A stretch of DNA of 64,000 bases from Octopus vulgaris (GCA_951406725.2 OX597814.1:167214001-167278000); one strand, 5' to 3'; positions 12,376 to 27,242 are shown, counted from the first letter of the stretch. Program-made: numbers and translations. The notes: generated by a model from the letters alone, not told the origin.

Positions 12376-13645
12376 CAGGGGTTGGACAAAATAATGGAAA
12401 CACCTAGCATCAAAGCATCATAATTTTGAAATATCTATAAAACCATCAAAAGCTTGTTTATTTTTATGTTTTTTGATTTATTATTAGTGTTGCTTAGTAT
12501 TTTTTGCTAAAATTGCTGTTTCTTTTCAGATATCATCAGGGAAAGTAATTAAAATACATTAAAATGACAGATCTATCACACTTTCAAAGAGGTCAAATTG
12601 TTGGTGCTTGTGTAACAGGCGCTAGTATAATGAAAACAGCCAAAATGTTCGGTGTATCAAGAAGTACTGTCTTGAAAGTAATGACAGCTTTTGAAAAAGA
12701 GGAAAAAACCTCCTTGTCAAAACAAAACTCCGGAAGAAAACCAAAACTTTCAGATGGGTCCGTTGGACTGTTATGTGAGTTGTTAGAAAGGATCACAAAA
12801 GTTCAGCTCCAAAAATTACTGCAGAGCTTAATGACCACCTCAAGAACCCAGTTTCCACGAAAACTGTTCACTGGGAGCTGCACAAAGCCAGATTGCATGG
12901 GAGGGCTGCAATCAGAAAATCACTACTTTCAAAAATAAATGTTGTAAAGTATTTAGAGTGGAGTAAAACCTACAGAATTGGTCCCTAGAGCAGTGGAAGA
13001 ATGCTATTTTCTCAGATGAGTCATTCTTTACCCTATTTCTGACCACCGACTGAGTATAAATGTGGAGACAGCCAAAAGAAGCATTTGACCCAGACTGCCT
13101 TCTTCCAACTGTTAAACATGGAGGAGGATCTGTGATGATCTGGGGGGTTATATCTTGGAAATCCACCGACCCAATGGTTTCCCTTCATAGCAGAATTAAT
13201 AGTCAAGACTATTTAAGCATTTTATCTGATCAAATTCATCCTATGGTTGCGGAACTGTTTCTGGAGGGAAACGCAATCTTTCAGGATGATAATGCACCAA
13301 TTCATGCAGCTAAAGTTGTTGCTGAATTGCATGAGGGGCATTCTAGTGAAGTTGAACATCTTATCTGGCCACCACAATCCCCAGATCTTAATATTATTGA
13401 ACATTTATGGTGTATTTTAAAAAAACAAGTAAGGAGTCGATATCCTTCATCATTATCATGACAAGAACTGGAGACTGTTTTAGTTGAGGAATGGACAAAA
13501 ATTCCTTTGGAAACAATTCAAACTTTGTATGAGTCCATACCTCATAGAATTCAAGCTGCAATTACTGCCAAAGGTGGCCCTATTCCATATTAAAATAAAT
13601 TTGTTTGAAATTTTAAGGTGTTTCCATTATTTTGTCCAACCCCTG
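12376..13645 (+). mobile_element. Full-length Tc1-family DNA transposon
   Basis: Perfect 30-bp TIRs CAGGGGTTGGACAAAATAATGGAAACACCT, TA on both sides, 1270 bp. Confidence 0.95.
12564..13593 (+). pseudogene. Tc1 DD34E transposase, disrupted
   Basis: HTH region MTDLSHFQRGQIVGA...SGRKPKLS; FSDES; TVKHGGGSVMIWG; FQDDNAPIH; WPPQSPDLNIIEHLW. Frameshift near 12760 and stops at ~13051, ~13057 and ~13459. Confidence 0.92.
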
Positions 13646-15038
13646 TATATCACTTTTACTTTCTAAAAAAGTAAAATTATCCTTTTTATCTTTTAGTAAA
13701 ATTGAAAAATCATTTTATTGAATATTTTAAATTTAGAAATACATTACATAAAAGTTTTATTTCAATTATCCAGAAAATCAAAAACACTACTTCGGTCTGA
13801 AAATTATTAATGATATTTTGAAAGAAATATTTCTAGCGTTTGAGTCATTTTCAACATTTATCTAGTAAATTAATTAATTGATTTATCAAGTAATATACTA
13901 ATGCATTCATGCATTCATATACTTTTTTATTCATTTCTAAATAAAACATTTATTTTTTTCACATTGGCTCCAAGCCATAAATTTAAGGAGTATAATAGTT
14001 GATTAGATCAACTTATTATATATTTTATGAAAAGCAAAGATGACCTTGGCAAAGTTTGAACATATTCTTTCATAATTAATAATAATAGAATAATTCTAGT
14101 AACTCTGCAATAATTATTATATATCAACAATGAACAATATTGATTTAAACTATTGGTTTCTTTTGACTTCCTTGCAGTTCAGCATTACATTGTACATTTG
14201 TAAGCCATTGGATAATTCTAGTAATATATTGGTTTTTATTTTGGGAAAAGATTGCATGCCTTTTGCTTAATCCTTTGCCCTTACTGGAGAAAGAGACACT
14301 GCGAAAGGTCCCTAATGATTTCTCACAGCAGGGCAGAGCCAATTCAGAGAGAGGTGGGGAGTGGCTTATTGAATTTATTTATCAAAGGAGGAAAGATAAA
14401 TGAGTTGACCTTATTAGGATTTGAACTCAGAAGGTAAAGATAAAAAAAAATTCAATGGCATAGTTCTTAAACAACTCTGCCAATTTGTCATCCATTTCTT
14501 TTGACTTAACAAGAGGAAATGTTGTGTTGTGATGTTCATGTGTGTTTCAGTTGTGAAGTAAAGTGACTTCTCTTAAAATCAACTGTGGCCATGGTCATAT
14601 TTTCATCTCCACCACTCACCTATTGGCAAGTGTCTCCTTTAAACCCTGGGCTGACCAAAGCTTTGTGGATGGATTTGCTTAATGAAATTGAAAGAAACTC
14701 ATCTTAATATATACCTGTGTGTGTGAGTTGCTGTCCACTTGTCTTGACATCACAGGATTGTTGTAAATGAGTGCCCTTTGTTTCCAAGTTTCTATGAAAA
14801 CATGGTCAGCCACAACAAACTATTACTTTTCGTGAAAACAGCTGAGGGATGGTGACAGGTAGGCATCTGGCTATAGAAAATCTACCTCAGCAAATTCCAT
14901 CCCACCCATGTGAGAATAGAAAAGTGGATGTCAAAAAATAACAAACAAATGATATTGATTTGTTACATAAGCATGAGGACAATATTTGTGAGAGCAAAAT
15001 GTCTCCAATTGAATCCAACCTGGTAAATTACTGGTACA

Positions 15039-15174
15039 CAGAGCCATCTTCAGGCTCATGGGTCTAGAGGCTCAGTACTAATCTTTCTATGTTGTTTGTT
15101 GTCAATACGTACATACAAAAGGGGACTAGTGCATTGATTTGCCTAGGGCCTACAATGCTACTAAGATGGCCCTG
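15039..15174. mobile_element. 136-bp hAT-type MITE inserted in an old SINE
   Basis: TIRs CAGAGCCATCTT / AAGATGGCCCTG; 8-bp TSD CTGGTACA / CCGGTACA. Confidence 0.75.
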
Positions 15175-15748
15175 CCGGTACATATTATATAAACCCTGGA
15201 CAGATGAAGGGCAAGATCAGTATTGAATGGATCTGAAGTAAGAATATCATATATAGATAATAAAACTTAATGCTGTTAGGTATTTCATCAAGCAAACTAT
15301 TGATGCAAGCTGTGAGGTGAAAATGCTTGTGATATGTAATTCCAGTTTGTTCCTACTGCATGACATCTTACTCAATTGTCTTCTATTATAGCCATGGATT
15401 GACCAAAGACTTAATCTATTGCCTGGCTCTTAGATTATAAAATTAATCTGTTGTCAAGTTTAACATTACCATGAGGTCATGGGCCATTTTTATGGACACG
15501 TTTGAACCTAGCTCCTGGTCTATGTATAACCCATGAGTTGCAGTTCTTCTTTTCATTCCTTCTCAACAGTCTTGGAGGTCTGTGAAAATGTCAAGGCTAC
15601 CAATGACTAAACCTTTAAAAGAAACTAATTTGTAAAATTTACTGTTTCTGCCAGCTGAACGCTTTCATATTCAAATAATAATTTTATTCTCAAGTGCTTA
15701 CAAGCTTCTAACCATACTTCTTCCCCAATACAAAAAAGTGTTACTCAC

Positions 15749-15824
15749 AAATAAATGGAAAAAGAAACTGCAGCAATGTTAGAATGTAGAATCCAGGACG
15801 TCCAAAGGAAGCTTGCACAACATC
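15749..15824 (-). CDS. SLC38A11: SLC38A11-like transporter exon (76 nt)
   Basis: tcttgaag|GAT GTT GTG...TTT ATT T|gtgagt = DVVQASFGRPGFYILTLLQFLFPFI(S); phase 0-1. Confidence 0.92.
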
Positions 15825-16896
15825 CTTCAAGACAGATGAAATAAATAAATAAATAATTAATAAATAAATAAGAAAGGGAATATGTCAATCAAAATACTGT
15901 ATAATTATATTAACACAAAATGAGTAATTAAATCTAATTACTTCTGAACTTTTGCATATTAAGATCATTGTTTACTGCTTTAATATCAAAATATGCAGAT
16001 TAATTCTGTTAATGAGATCATGACATTTCCAAATTCAGTAAGGGAACTCAATCAATTAGTTGGCATAGTTACCAATTTTCTTTTTAATTATATAACATTG
16101 CTATTATGTTAAACTGTCATATGTTCAAATTTGGCCAAATGCAGTTTTTTTCAATATTTATTTTTGCTTGCAATAGCCGAATCTTTTGGTCAGACTATCG
16201 TGTCTCCAGCTACTTCAGTTGCCAAGATACCAAAAATGGTTTTGCTATGGAATGATGAAACTATTTTTTCATTTTCTGAAAAAGCAACGTTTTGGACTTA
16301 GGACACTTTTGCATAATAGCAACGATATTTAGTTTTTGCAATCTACTTTGAAATCCTGTGCAGTCATTGAGTTTTTCATGTTTGAAGGACATGGGTAAAT
16401 TTAATTTTGTTTGGGAAACAGGTAAGAGTTAGTAACAAGAAGAGCTTCCAGTAATAGAAAATTTGCCTCAATGAATTTCATCTGACCCGTGCAAGCATGG
16501 AAAGCAGTTAATAAAATGAGTCCCCTGAGCAACCTTCAATATTTTCTATCCAAAAGGGATTTTTACCCAATATTTACATGCTGTTATTTATAGCTTTATG
16601 TTTTGAGATCTACTGTTTCAAAAAGGAATTATTTCACTTTCTCTTGAAAGTCTATAGATTCTTATGATATCAACAGCAAACAATTCTAACTGGTAAAAAT
16701 AAAGTTTCTAAAATGGATTGAATTTGAAGGATTGCTCCAAGGGTTGAACGTCTGTCAAGCTTACAGATGTTGGTTTAAATCCCATGGGTAGCCTTCAACT
16801 TTTTCTATACAAAAAATGTTTTTTTTCAACCCAATATTTACAATATTTTGTAAAAAGACTCCAATATTTTGGAGTCTTTTTGATCTCACATCTATT

Positions 16897-17225
16897 GGCT
16901 CAGTGAGTAGGGCATTAAGCTCACAATCATGAGGTAGTGAGTTAACTTTTCAGACTGGGTTGTATGTTATGTTCTTGAGCAAGACACTTTATTTCACGTT
17001 GCTCCAGTTTACTCATCTGTAGAAATGAGTTGTGACATCACTGGTGCCAAGCTGTATCAGCCTTTGCCTTTTCCTTGGATAACATTGGTGGTGTGGTAGG
17101 GAGGCTGGTATGCATGGGCGACTGCTGGTCTTTCATAAACAACCTTGCCCAGACTTGTGCCTCAGAGGGTAACTTTCTAGGTGTAATCCCATGATCAATC
17201 ACGACTGAAGGGGGTCTTTACCCTA
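16897..17225 (+). mobile_element. tRNA-derived SINE, further family
   Basis: TGGCTCAGTG..AG A-box-like head, TTCTTGAGCAAGACACTT domain, ends GGGGTCTTTACCCT. Confidence 0.65.
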
Positions 17226-17841
17226 TCTATCTTTGTTCTTCTTTCTCTCCCTCCATCCCCCATCTCTCTCTATGTAGACACACACACACACACACAGTGT
17301 TATAGGGGCAATGTGTCTGTGTGATTAACTTTGCTTTGCAACTACATGGCTTCAGATTTGATCCTACAGTACAGTACCCTATACAAGGAACTTCTGTCAT
17401 TGCCTGAAATCACCCAAAGAACTTCATAGACCTGAACGATGTAGTAGTTCACTAGAGGGACCGTTACTGCACTTCAAGAGTAAACTTAATCAGTTACCAA
17501 GTTCAATGCCACTACCAGGCTCTTGGGGGCCTTCAGTGGAGCCTACTACTGTTAAACTGCTGCAAGAATTCTGGTTGTCTACCCCTGACTGAGGATGAAT
17601 TACTCTCTTCTTCTTATCAGTCATGAAGGCCTTGAAAGATGTGATGGGCACTGCCCTTTCTCATCTGACAAAGTCATGTAATAATTAAATTAATAAATGT
17701 AAAATTCTAGTTTCTATTTAATAAATAACTGAGTTTTGTAAGTATAAAGCTTTGAATACTCAGTACTAATTATGAGAAATATTGTTGCATTATAATTAGA
17801 ACTATTTTAATGTATAAAATTAATTATATGAAAAAGCATAC

Positions 17842-17900
17842 TTGGTATGTGGAACCTCCAGACAGTTTTCCACCATCAATTAAAAGCAAAATGGCGTAAT
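17842..17900 (-). CDS. SLC38A11: SLC38A11-like transporter exon (59 nt)
   Basis: tttcag|AT TAC GCC...ACA TAC CAA|gtatgc = (D)YAILLLIDGGKLSGGSTYQ; phase 1-0; also visible at the end of track ORF 17824..18093. Confidence 0.92.
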
Positions 17901-18192
17901 CTGAAAGAGAAAACAATATATAGTTACATATAGATATATATCTATATAGATGGATGGAGAGGGAGCTACATATATACATACATACATACATGCATGCATG
18001 CATACATCCATACATACATACATACATACATACATACATACATACATGCATACATAGAAATATACATACATACTTCTGCACATGCATGTGCACACACGCA
18101 ACTCAACCCATACAAACACTTATAATTATCATTCATAAATATATACACATATATATGTATATGTATAGATATATGTGTGTATATATATATAC

Positions 18193-18262
<70 letters not shown>

Positions 18263-18417
18263 AATAAAATGTTTCGAGTGGTACAACAATGCACTATAAT
18301 ACAAACAATGGGCTATATAACTATCCATAGCCTGATAATATTTCAGAATAAAATTCCTTCCACAGACATCCCTAGGAATTGACAGAGTACTTGCTATAAT
18401 TGCTGCTATACACTCTC

Positions 18418-18494
<77 letters not shown>

Positions 18495-18496
<2 letters not shown>

Positions 18497-18723
18497 TGAG
18501 AAAGTTGGTTTGCGAAAGCACGTGGTTGAATATATAGAAAATAGTAAAAAGTGAAAAAACTACAGAAGGCTATGTCATTGTAAGAAAAAAAATTTAATTT
18601 CTTCTAAACTATGTCATTGTAAGAAAAAAATTTATAATATTCTTCAGACATATTGACTCAAATATATATTCTTTAACCTTTTAAAACAAGCCTTCTGTAG
18701 TTTTTTCACTTTTTACTATTTTC

Positions 18724-18730
<7 letters not shown>
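18495..18730. repeat. Fold-back element embedded in (TA)n
   Basis: Perfect ~40-bp inverted arms ATATAGAAAATAGTAAAAAGTGAAAAAACTACAGAAGGCT (~18532-18571 and ~18689-18728); internal direct repeat CTATGTCATTGTAAGAAAAAAA. Confidence 0.75.
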
Positions 18731-18773
<43 letters not shown>

Positions 18774-18779
18774 TGTATG

Positions 18780-18835
<56 letters not shown>

Positions 18836-19987
18836 TATACGGGCGTGTGTATCAAAATGTATTATATGTATGTATATTTGAATATGTAAGTATGGTCAAG
18901 ACAGGTGAAATAGTACTTAATATTAAAGGAAAAGTCTTATGTATGATTGTAAAAGCTAACATTTCACATCAGGTTATTCAAGTTTCATGTTAGCAAACCT
19001 CAGACTAAATCTAAAGTGCAGTATAAGTGATCTGTTATGCAGAATATACAGGGAAGTGTTGCAGAGAAAATATTTTAAGAGAAGCAGAAAAAACAGGTGA
19101 AAAGTAAAATAAAAAATAAAAATGTTAATAAAAAAAAAAAATCATGTATTTTTGTAATGAGTGAAGTGTGTGCTAAGAGGAGGAAAATCTTCTGTATGTT
19201 TATGGGCTGGTTGACCTTTAAAACTAAAACTGAAACTGAGTGATAAATGGTAAATTTTTTAATATATATATATATACATACATACACATATGTGTGCATA
19301 TATATGTATGTATAATTAACAAAATAAATACATATATACATCATCATCATCATCACCATTTAGCGTCCGCTTTCCATGCTAGCATGGGTTGGACGGTTCA
19401 ACTGGGGTCTGTGAAGCCAGAAGGCTGCATCAGGCCCAGTCTGATCTGGCAGTGTTTCTACGGCTGGATGCCCTTCCTAACGCCAACCACTCCGTGAGTG
19501 TAGTGGGTGCTTTTTACGTGCCACCCGCACAGGTGCCAGACGGAGCTGGCAAACGGCCACGAACGGATGGTGCTTTTAAGGAACAACCGGCATGGGGGCC
19601 AGGCGAGGCTGGCAACGGACACGAACGGATACATATATATAAAATAATGTAAATAATATATATATATATATATGCATTTATGCATAAATATATATACATA
19701 CTTACATATATATGTATATACATATGCATATATGGGTACAGGACGTCATAAAACATAAACAACATGAAATATGAAAACGACATAAAATACAAAACACGTA
19801 AACATGGAATATGAACTTTCTTTTGCAAACAACGAAAGAAACAAATAGAAAATAGACAAGTACTATAAAGAACGACCCTTCATCAGTTGTTGGCTGTTTT
19901 ATCTAATCCACATTTCGAGCAATTACGAAATATACGATATATATATAATATACATGCATATATACACATTCATATATACATATACAT

Positions 19988-20040
<53 letters not shown>

Positions 20041-20375
20041 AACATACATATTAATGTCCGCTTTCCATGCTAGCATGGGTTAGACGATTTGACTGAGGGC
20101 TGGCGAACCAGATGGCTGCACCAGGTTCCAACCTTGATCTGGCAGAGTTTCTACAGCTGGATGCCCTTCCTAACGCCAACCACTTCGAGAATGTAGTGGG
20201 TGCTTTTATGTGCCACCGGCATGGGGGCCAGTCAGGCGGTACTGGCAACGACCTCGTTCGAATATTTTTACACATGCCACCGCCACAGGTGCCAGTAAGG
20301 TGATGCTGGTAACGAACATGCTCGAATGGTGCCTTTTACATGCCACCGGCACGGAAGCCAGTTAGCCGCTCTGGC

Positions 20376-20427
<52 letters not shown>

Positions 20428-20543
20428 GTGTGTGTGTGTGTATGTGTGTATTTATGCTTGTATGAGTACATGTGTTTGAGCTCTATGTTATGGTGTGATT
20501 TGATCAATGTTATTTATACTTCATACACATTATTCCAACTTAC

Positions 20544-20618
20544 CTGATGCAAGTGCAGCTACTAAGATTATTATTATTCCTAATCCAATTCCAGCTCGTT
20601 TCAGTGCATAAGGTACTC
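20544..20618 (-). CDS. SLC38A11: SLC38A11-like transporter exon (75 nt)
   Basis: ttttcag|GA GTA CCT TAT GCA...GCA TCA G|gtaag = (G)VPYALKRAGIGLGIIIILVAALAS(D); phase 1-1; continues the GxPYA motif. Confidence 0.92.
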
Positions 20619-21277
20619 CTGAAAATAAAATTCATTAAAATATATTACAATAATCTTAATTTATAAACATGGAAGTCATCATCATTATCATCATCATCAT
20701 TTAAAGTTTGCTTTCCATACTGGCAAAGGTTGGCTGTCAGGGACCTGTCCAGATTCCAACTGTCTGTTGTGGCATGGTTTCTCCAGCTGGATGCCCCTTT
20801 TTAATGCCAACCATTTAACAGAGTTTGCTGGGTGCTTTTTAAAAATTTGTTTATTCTTTTATTGGTTTCAGTCATTGAAATGCAGCCATGCTGGAATGGT
20901 TTATAATCATTTATTCTAACCCTGATTCTTTAACTGGTATGTATTTCAACATACTTGTTAGATATAAAGTTTAATGTTGTCATTCTCAGAAGGCAAGATA
21001 ACTCAACTGCAAGATTTCATCTCAAATGTAACATCTTTCATTGCTTGCTGAAACAAACACACACATAGATACATGGCATACAATTTCCCCTCTATTAAAT
21101 TTCATTTGCAGTGTCATTTAATCAGAATATATAGCAATGGACACTTTCCCAATATGCTGCACAGTTGGATTGAACCCAGGACCACAATGTTGCAAAGCAA
21201 ACTTCTTAATCCTACAGCCATGACTATATACTGGAAAATGCTATAATCATGTAGTAAATCTTCTTCTTCTTCTTCTT

Positions 21278-21308
<31 letters not shown>

Positions 21309-24300
21309 TTCTTCTTCTTCTTCTCCTTCTCTTCTTCTTCTTCTTCTTCTTCTTAGCTCTGTGGCACATTGAGCAGTCAGTAATCACCAATTCCTCTGGC
21401 CAGCCAGTATACTTCTTCCCAGGTGATGTTCAGTGTTCAGTCTGTGTAGGTCTTCTTTGAAGGGACTACTCTGTGTCTTCCTTGGCCAGTCTCTTTTACT
21501 CTTATCTTCCAGTGGCATCCAGCCCATGGCCTGTTTTGGCAAGCCTTTCCTCTGGCAGTCTTAGTATGAGTCCAGTATGTGTCCATTCTCATTCATTGTT
21601 TGATTATAATTACATGCAAGGGCCTTACTCTTGCTGCTTGGAAATCTGGAAGATGACAGCAAAAATTGCATGCCAACTTGATGCATTTCATCAGCAGTAC
21701 CTCAGAACAATGTAGAAAATTGAGCATATAAAAAAATGTTTGGAAAAATCTAAATTTATGAAAAAAGTGTTAAAAAGAATTTAAATCCACAAATTGAGTT
21801 TGCCTTCTAATGAATACATTTGAACTGTTATATATAATTTTTATTTGTTTTGATGATGGTGATTTCATTTCTTTTGTTCTTTTATTAATTTACTAATATT
21901 AGGTATTGGACAACAACTATGCTTGGATATCACCTTCAAATGTTAGTTGATCATATCAACCTCAGTACATTGGTTGGTACTTATTTTATCAACCTCGAAA
22001 ACTGTATAGGCAAAGGGAACTGGATGAACTCAGAATTTAAAGGTACATTATCAAATACCTCAAAATATTTTGCTCACTGCTTCTGACAATCCATAAAGTT
22101 TTATGAAAATATTTTGAACTAATTTCTCTTTGGCTCTCTCTACTATTTCCATATCATTGGTTTATGACCCCTGGAGTTGTTTCTTGACATTAGTGGGGTT
22201 AACAACATCTTGCACTACTTGAGTAACTAGGCAAGGAACTAGCATAGTACCTAGATATCCAGACACTTTCCAAATCTCAGTAACCACTTTTTATGATTTA
22301 CAACTTTTTTCTGCATGTTCTTAATTTCCAAACTAGCCATATTTAAACTAACCTCTTATTGATTCTTCTTGGAAACATTTCTGCTATCCCACCCATTTTT
22401 CCCATTCATTAACCTCTTTTCATGCATTTTTTTTATCCTTATCAATGAAAACAACTGTTCCTCTGATGTTTCAGACATCTTGATTCTATGATGATATCTT
22501 GATTCATACTAATCCACTGCCTTAAAAACTGGAATAATTTAAATTTCTCATATTCGTGGCTTAGAACCTCTTACATTCATTTTCTGGTTAAATAAACCTG
22601 ACGTTTTGATACAACCAAACTTCTTCAAATCACACTTTGCTAACCACTTATTTCCATTTTCTCCATGTATGTTGCATAGTTATTCCATCATCATGTCATG
22701 ATCCAGTGAGAAAGACGTACTAGAAATAGCAGGCAAATTTCCTTCAGATCACACTACACAGTCTTGAAAAGAGAGAACTCATTTCACAATGTAGTTTCAG
22801 ATAATTTATATCTGAATAAACAATGGAATGATCACAGTTGGAATGCATTCGATCATATGTTTATTCTATGTTAAACATAGTTGAACATAGTCTAAACACC
22901 AAGAATCAGCATGTCATCTCCCACTACATCAGCTGCTACCTGGTTGGAATCCTGCCCCCATCTGTCAAATTGGTCAGTAGTGGTTTGCAGCAAGTTATCT
23001 CTTAGGCAAACAGCTATTTTCTCCTTAGCTATATAGGTGTCAACTTAGTGCTAAGTGGAAGTCTTTCAATTTCTACATCTTCCTTCTGAGTATTACATTA
23101 GTAGAACCAGTAGAGCATTGTCCAAAATACCATGTGATATTTATATACATTTCTTTATGTTCTGAGTTCAAATCAAACTTGGGTTATGTTTGCATTTCCT
23201 CCTTCCAAGGTTAATTAAATAAATACCAGACAAAGTACTGGGCTCATATAATTGACTAAGTTCTTCCAGTCAGTGTCCAGAATGGATGAAATCTAAAAAA
23301 GTAACCTGCTCCCCTGTGTGACCACAGTAAAAAGTAACATGGTACCATCACCAGTGCTTTTTACATGGCACCTTAGTTTTAAGCTATCAGTTCTGTTATG
23401 GAGGGCAAGTCTTCTTGAGTACAACAATGTGCCACATATACATTTGTACAGATTTAGACTTATGCACCTATGCAATTGAGTATACAAACAAAAACAAAGA
23501 TGATTTCACCTCTGTTTTCATAGACAGCATATGTGAATTATAGTTTACTGAAAGCTTGCTTTTGAGACATATGGCTGGAAATATTTGGTGGCTTCTAGTT
23601 TGTGGCTTCTCACTTTTGAAGTCCATTCTTAATCAATCAGGCTATCTGTAGAGCATAGATAAAATAAGTTTCAAAGAGCTATATCTATAATTGAAGCCAA
23701 ATTTACAAACAAAATTTGTTAGAAAAAGACAACTACATTTTTTTTCTTAAAAATATCATTATGTTTACATTAGCAAATGTAACATCTGTTGTGTTCGAGT
23801 AAATAATTTTTATCATATAAAACTGGAATATTATAACAGAAAATATATAACTGAAATATCAGCTTCAAATTTTGGCACAAGGCCATCAGTTTCAGAATGG
23901 AGCTAAGTCAATTACATTGATCCTATTTTTTCTCCTCTCACAAAATCGAAGTTCCACAGTTATTCAATATCCTTCTAGACAGGACTCAACATAAAATGGG
24001 CATAAATATATTTAAGAAACATCTGAAAAATCTACAATATGAGATCCTTAATTAACCTACATCATGACAAAAAAATAAATGAGGGCAACAGTATAAAAAT
24101 CTTTCATTTGCCGAAAATCAAACTATAGAAAGAGGGATGTAAAAGCAGTAGCCCATGGGTTGAAACAAGGGAAAAGAATAAAAACAAATGAGAAATTAGA
24201 CGTGAATCATGTCCGGCAACTCAAAAAAAAAAAGGAAAAACGAAGGAAAAAAGTGGTTCTGGCTTCCCTGTACATAAGAAAAAGATGGAGTGGTCAAGGT

Positions 24301-24947
24301 TGGAATGCTTTTGATCATATGTCTGCTCATTCAGGGAAGCCCAGGGACTAAACAATAACAACAGCATTTTAGGATGATACCAAGGCCTTAACAATTGACA
24401 GATTTCTGCATTCACCTTCAACAAATGGAACAAGCTTTCAGAAGCTAATATACTTACAAAAGCTCAGAACATAAATGCATATAACATAACTCTATATAAT
24501 AATAGCCAATATAAATGTTGGCTGGTTGGTTTGGTTGGTCAGTTGGTCGGATGACTGATCGATCTCTCCATTGTATAGAGAGAGGGAGAGATAGAGTGAA
24601 TAAGAGAGAGAAACAGAGTCAGTTAACATAACAAGTGCAGGGAGAGTGTACATACTAGGCTTAGTGGCAGACAATGAGTAAAAATGTGTTAAACACAGTC
24701 AGAAAGAATCCTAGAGCTAAAGGAGAAGAAGGATGATGATGATGATGATGATGATGACAACAATAACGATGACAACAGCAACAATGATGAAATGACAGAG
24801 TAGTTGGCTGCAGCTGACAAAGGCTCTGCAATAATTAATATTTATTGTTATGACTATTTTCTTTTGATGCTTTTCAAGTAAGTTGTTCATTAGTAAAGGT
24901 TTTTTTTCCATTAAGCAGAAAGGTATTCACTACTTTAATGCATTTAT

Positions 24948-25006
<59 letters not shown>

Positions 25007-26168
25007 TCCTTTGTTTTATTTGATAAAAATGACATTTACAAGATGATTGGTTTATTCTATAAATGACTGATAAGTATAGAGCAAACTCAAAAAGTAAATG
25101 AAGTCAATTAAAATGGTAGCCAAATCAAAATCATAACAAATTTGTGAAAGACATGTGAATAATACCTTGCTTTAAATAGGTTTGAGGTCATACTGATGCA
25201 AGATTTTGTATTGTTATTTGTAGTAACCTGACATTAATATACAATCCTTTGATGTATTTGGAATCTAAAGGGTATTAGTTTTGTTTATTGGTTCAGATAA
25301 ATTAAACATACAGCTGAAAAGCTTCAATAGCTCAAAATATCCAGCCAAATTGTAATTTCTGTATTGAACAATGAATATAACTAATTTACTAAATGACATG
25401 CATGTTCATAATAGATTTCTTTTTCACAACTTAATTCTATTTTTTGACTGTGGAAGGAGCACATATTGAGAAAGGAGCACATATTGTAAGACTGGTTTAA
25501 GGCATGGGGCAGGATGACACCAGCTGTATGTTATTTAGTATGAATGCACACAATAGTTGTAACTAACACTTCCACAACAAACAAAAATAAGTGAAATACC
25601 AATTAACAAATGAGAAATGGAAATACTTCATCAGAATTAATAGAATTATTATGACTGACAATTTCAACACGGGTACACAAGCAATGAATATTAATCCAAA
25701 CGCACAACCAGACAATGATACTAGAGCATATGGTATGATCCAACCAGATACAGAAAAACATCTGGTTTTGAATTACCATCAGAGTAAGCCATGCTGAAGG
25801 TCAATACTATTGATTGTTTTTCTGAAATAGAAAAGACTTTCACACAAATTAGACAGAAATATTAAGGAATGACTGTAACAACAATGATAATTCCCTTATA
25901 ATTACTGGTAGTGCTTGCAACAACACCAGTTTCAGTCCTAAATCTTCTTGCTATCAATGCCAATAATGGTATTGATACTGCTACTGCAGCCCCTATGACA
26001 ACTCCTACTGCAGCCCCTCTGACAAACCATATAATATGAAATGCACATATCCCATCAAACTACCCTTTAATAAAAGAATCTGCATACTATGATATGCAGA
26101 TGAAGAAACAAGCAAAATTTACACTGACTAAAAAGAAAATTAAATAACTTCTAATGCAATTCAAGATG

Positions 26169-26244
<76 letters not shown>

Positions 26245-27240
26245 CAAGCAGAAGGAGTGCAAGTGTAAAGGCAGAGATACCAAGGATCAACTTCTAATAG
26301 ACAAAACTGTACTTAGAATCTGCTAGAAGAAGAAAACTAACTTAGCTGTGTCAGGGATTGATTGTCGTAAGGCATATGATATGATCTCACATTCTTGGGT
26401 TATGGAATGTATGAACCTATTTGGTATTGCATCAAATGTTGAGAGATTGCTTGGAAAAAGTATGGCAAAGTGGAAGACAGAACTGACAGCATATGGAAGA
26501 AGTTTAGGGAGAATAGAAATCAGGAGTGGCATCTTCCAAGGGGACTGCCTGTCCCCACTGATTTTTGTACTGTACATGATACCACTAACACTGATTCCGA
26601 GGAAAGCAAAGGCTGGGTATTCAAGAGCTGCCAACAAAAAATCAACCACTTGTTAATCATGGATGACCTCAAACTTTATGGTAAAGATGAATCCCAATTC
26701 AGTTTCCTCGTTAATACAGTGTATACTTTCAGTGCTGATATCAGAATGGAGTTCGGACTGAAAAAGTGTGGTGTGTTAGTCTTGAAGAGATGCAAAATTA
26801 AATGTATGGACAGGCTAGCGATACTGTTGGGGAGGTTATGAAGCAAATAAAAGAGACGGGCTATAGGTACTTGGGTATATTGGAAATGGATAAATTGATG
26901 GGGAAAGAAATAACAGAAAAATTCAAGGTGGAGTACTTGCGCAGACTAAGACTGATCCTTAAGTCAAAATTGAATGGACTGAATAAGATTGAAGCTATCA
27001 ACACTTGGGCAATTTCACTCCGTGGATATGGAGCAGGGGTAATCGCATGGACAGTAGACGAACTAAAAAGCTAAGACAGAAAGACAAGAAAGTTGCTGGC
27101 TAGATATGGGATACTCCACCTGATAAGTGACACAAACAGACTATATGTACTAAGAAAAAGATGGGGAAGAGGAGTGATTGGATGTAAAAACAACATTAGA
27201 GCAGAAGAAAACAACACAGCATGATGTGGAAAAAATTCCA
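26245..27240 (+). mobile_element. R4/Dong-like reverse transcriptase fragment, frameshifted
   Basis: KDQLLIDK...IDCRKAYDMISHSW...GIFQGDCLSPLIF...INHLLIMDDLKLY...FGLKKC...YRYLGI; begins right after a (TAA)n tract. Confidence 0.88.
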
Positions 27241-27242
27241 CA

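Noticed and set aside
16852-16882. Small hairpin AAAAAGACTCC-AATATTTT-GGAGTCTTTTT resembling an intrinsic terminator
   Set aside because: Bacterial terminator logic does not apply in a eukaryotic intron, and it is too short to assign a function.
19860-19920. CTGATGA plus GAAA motif on the minus strand as a fourth hammerhead
   Set aside because: Could not build stems I-III in a valid order; may be a decayed pLTR fragment.
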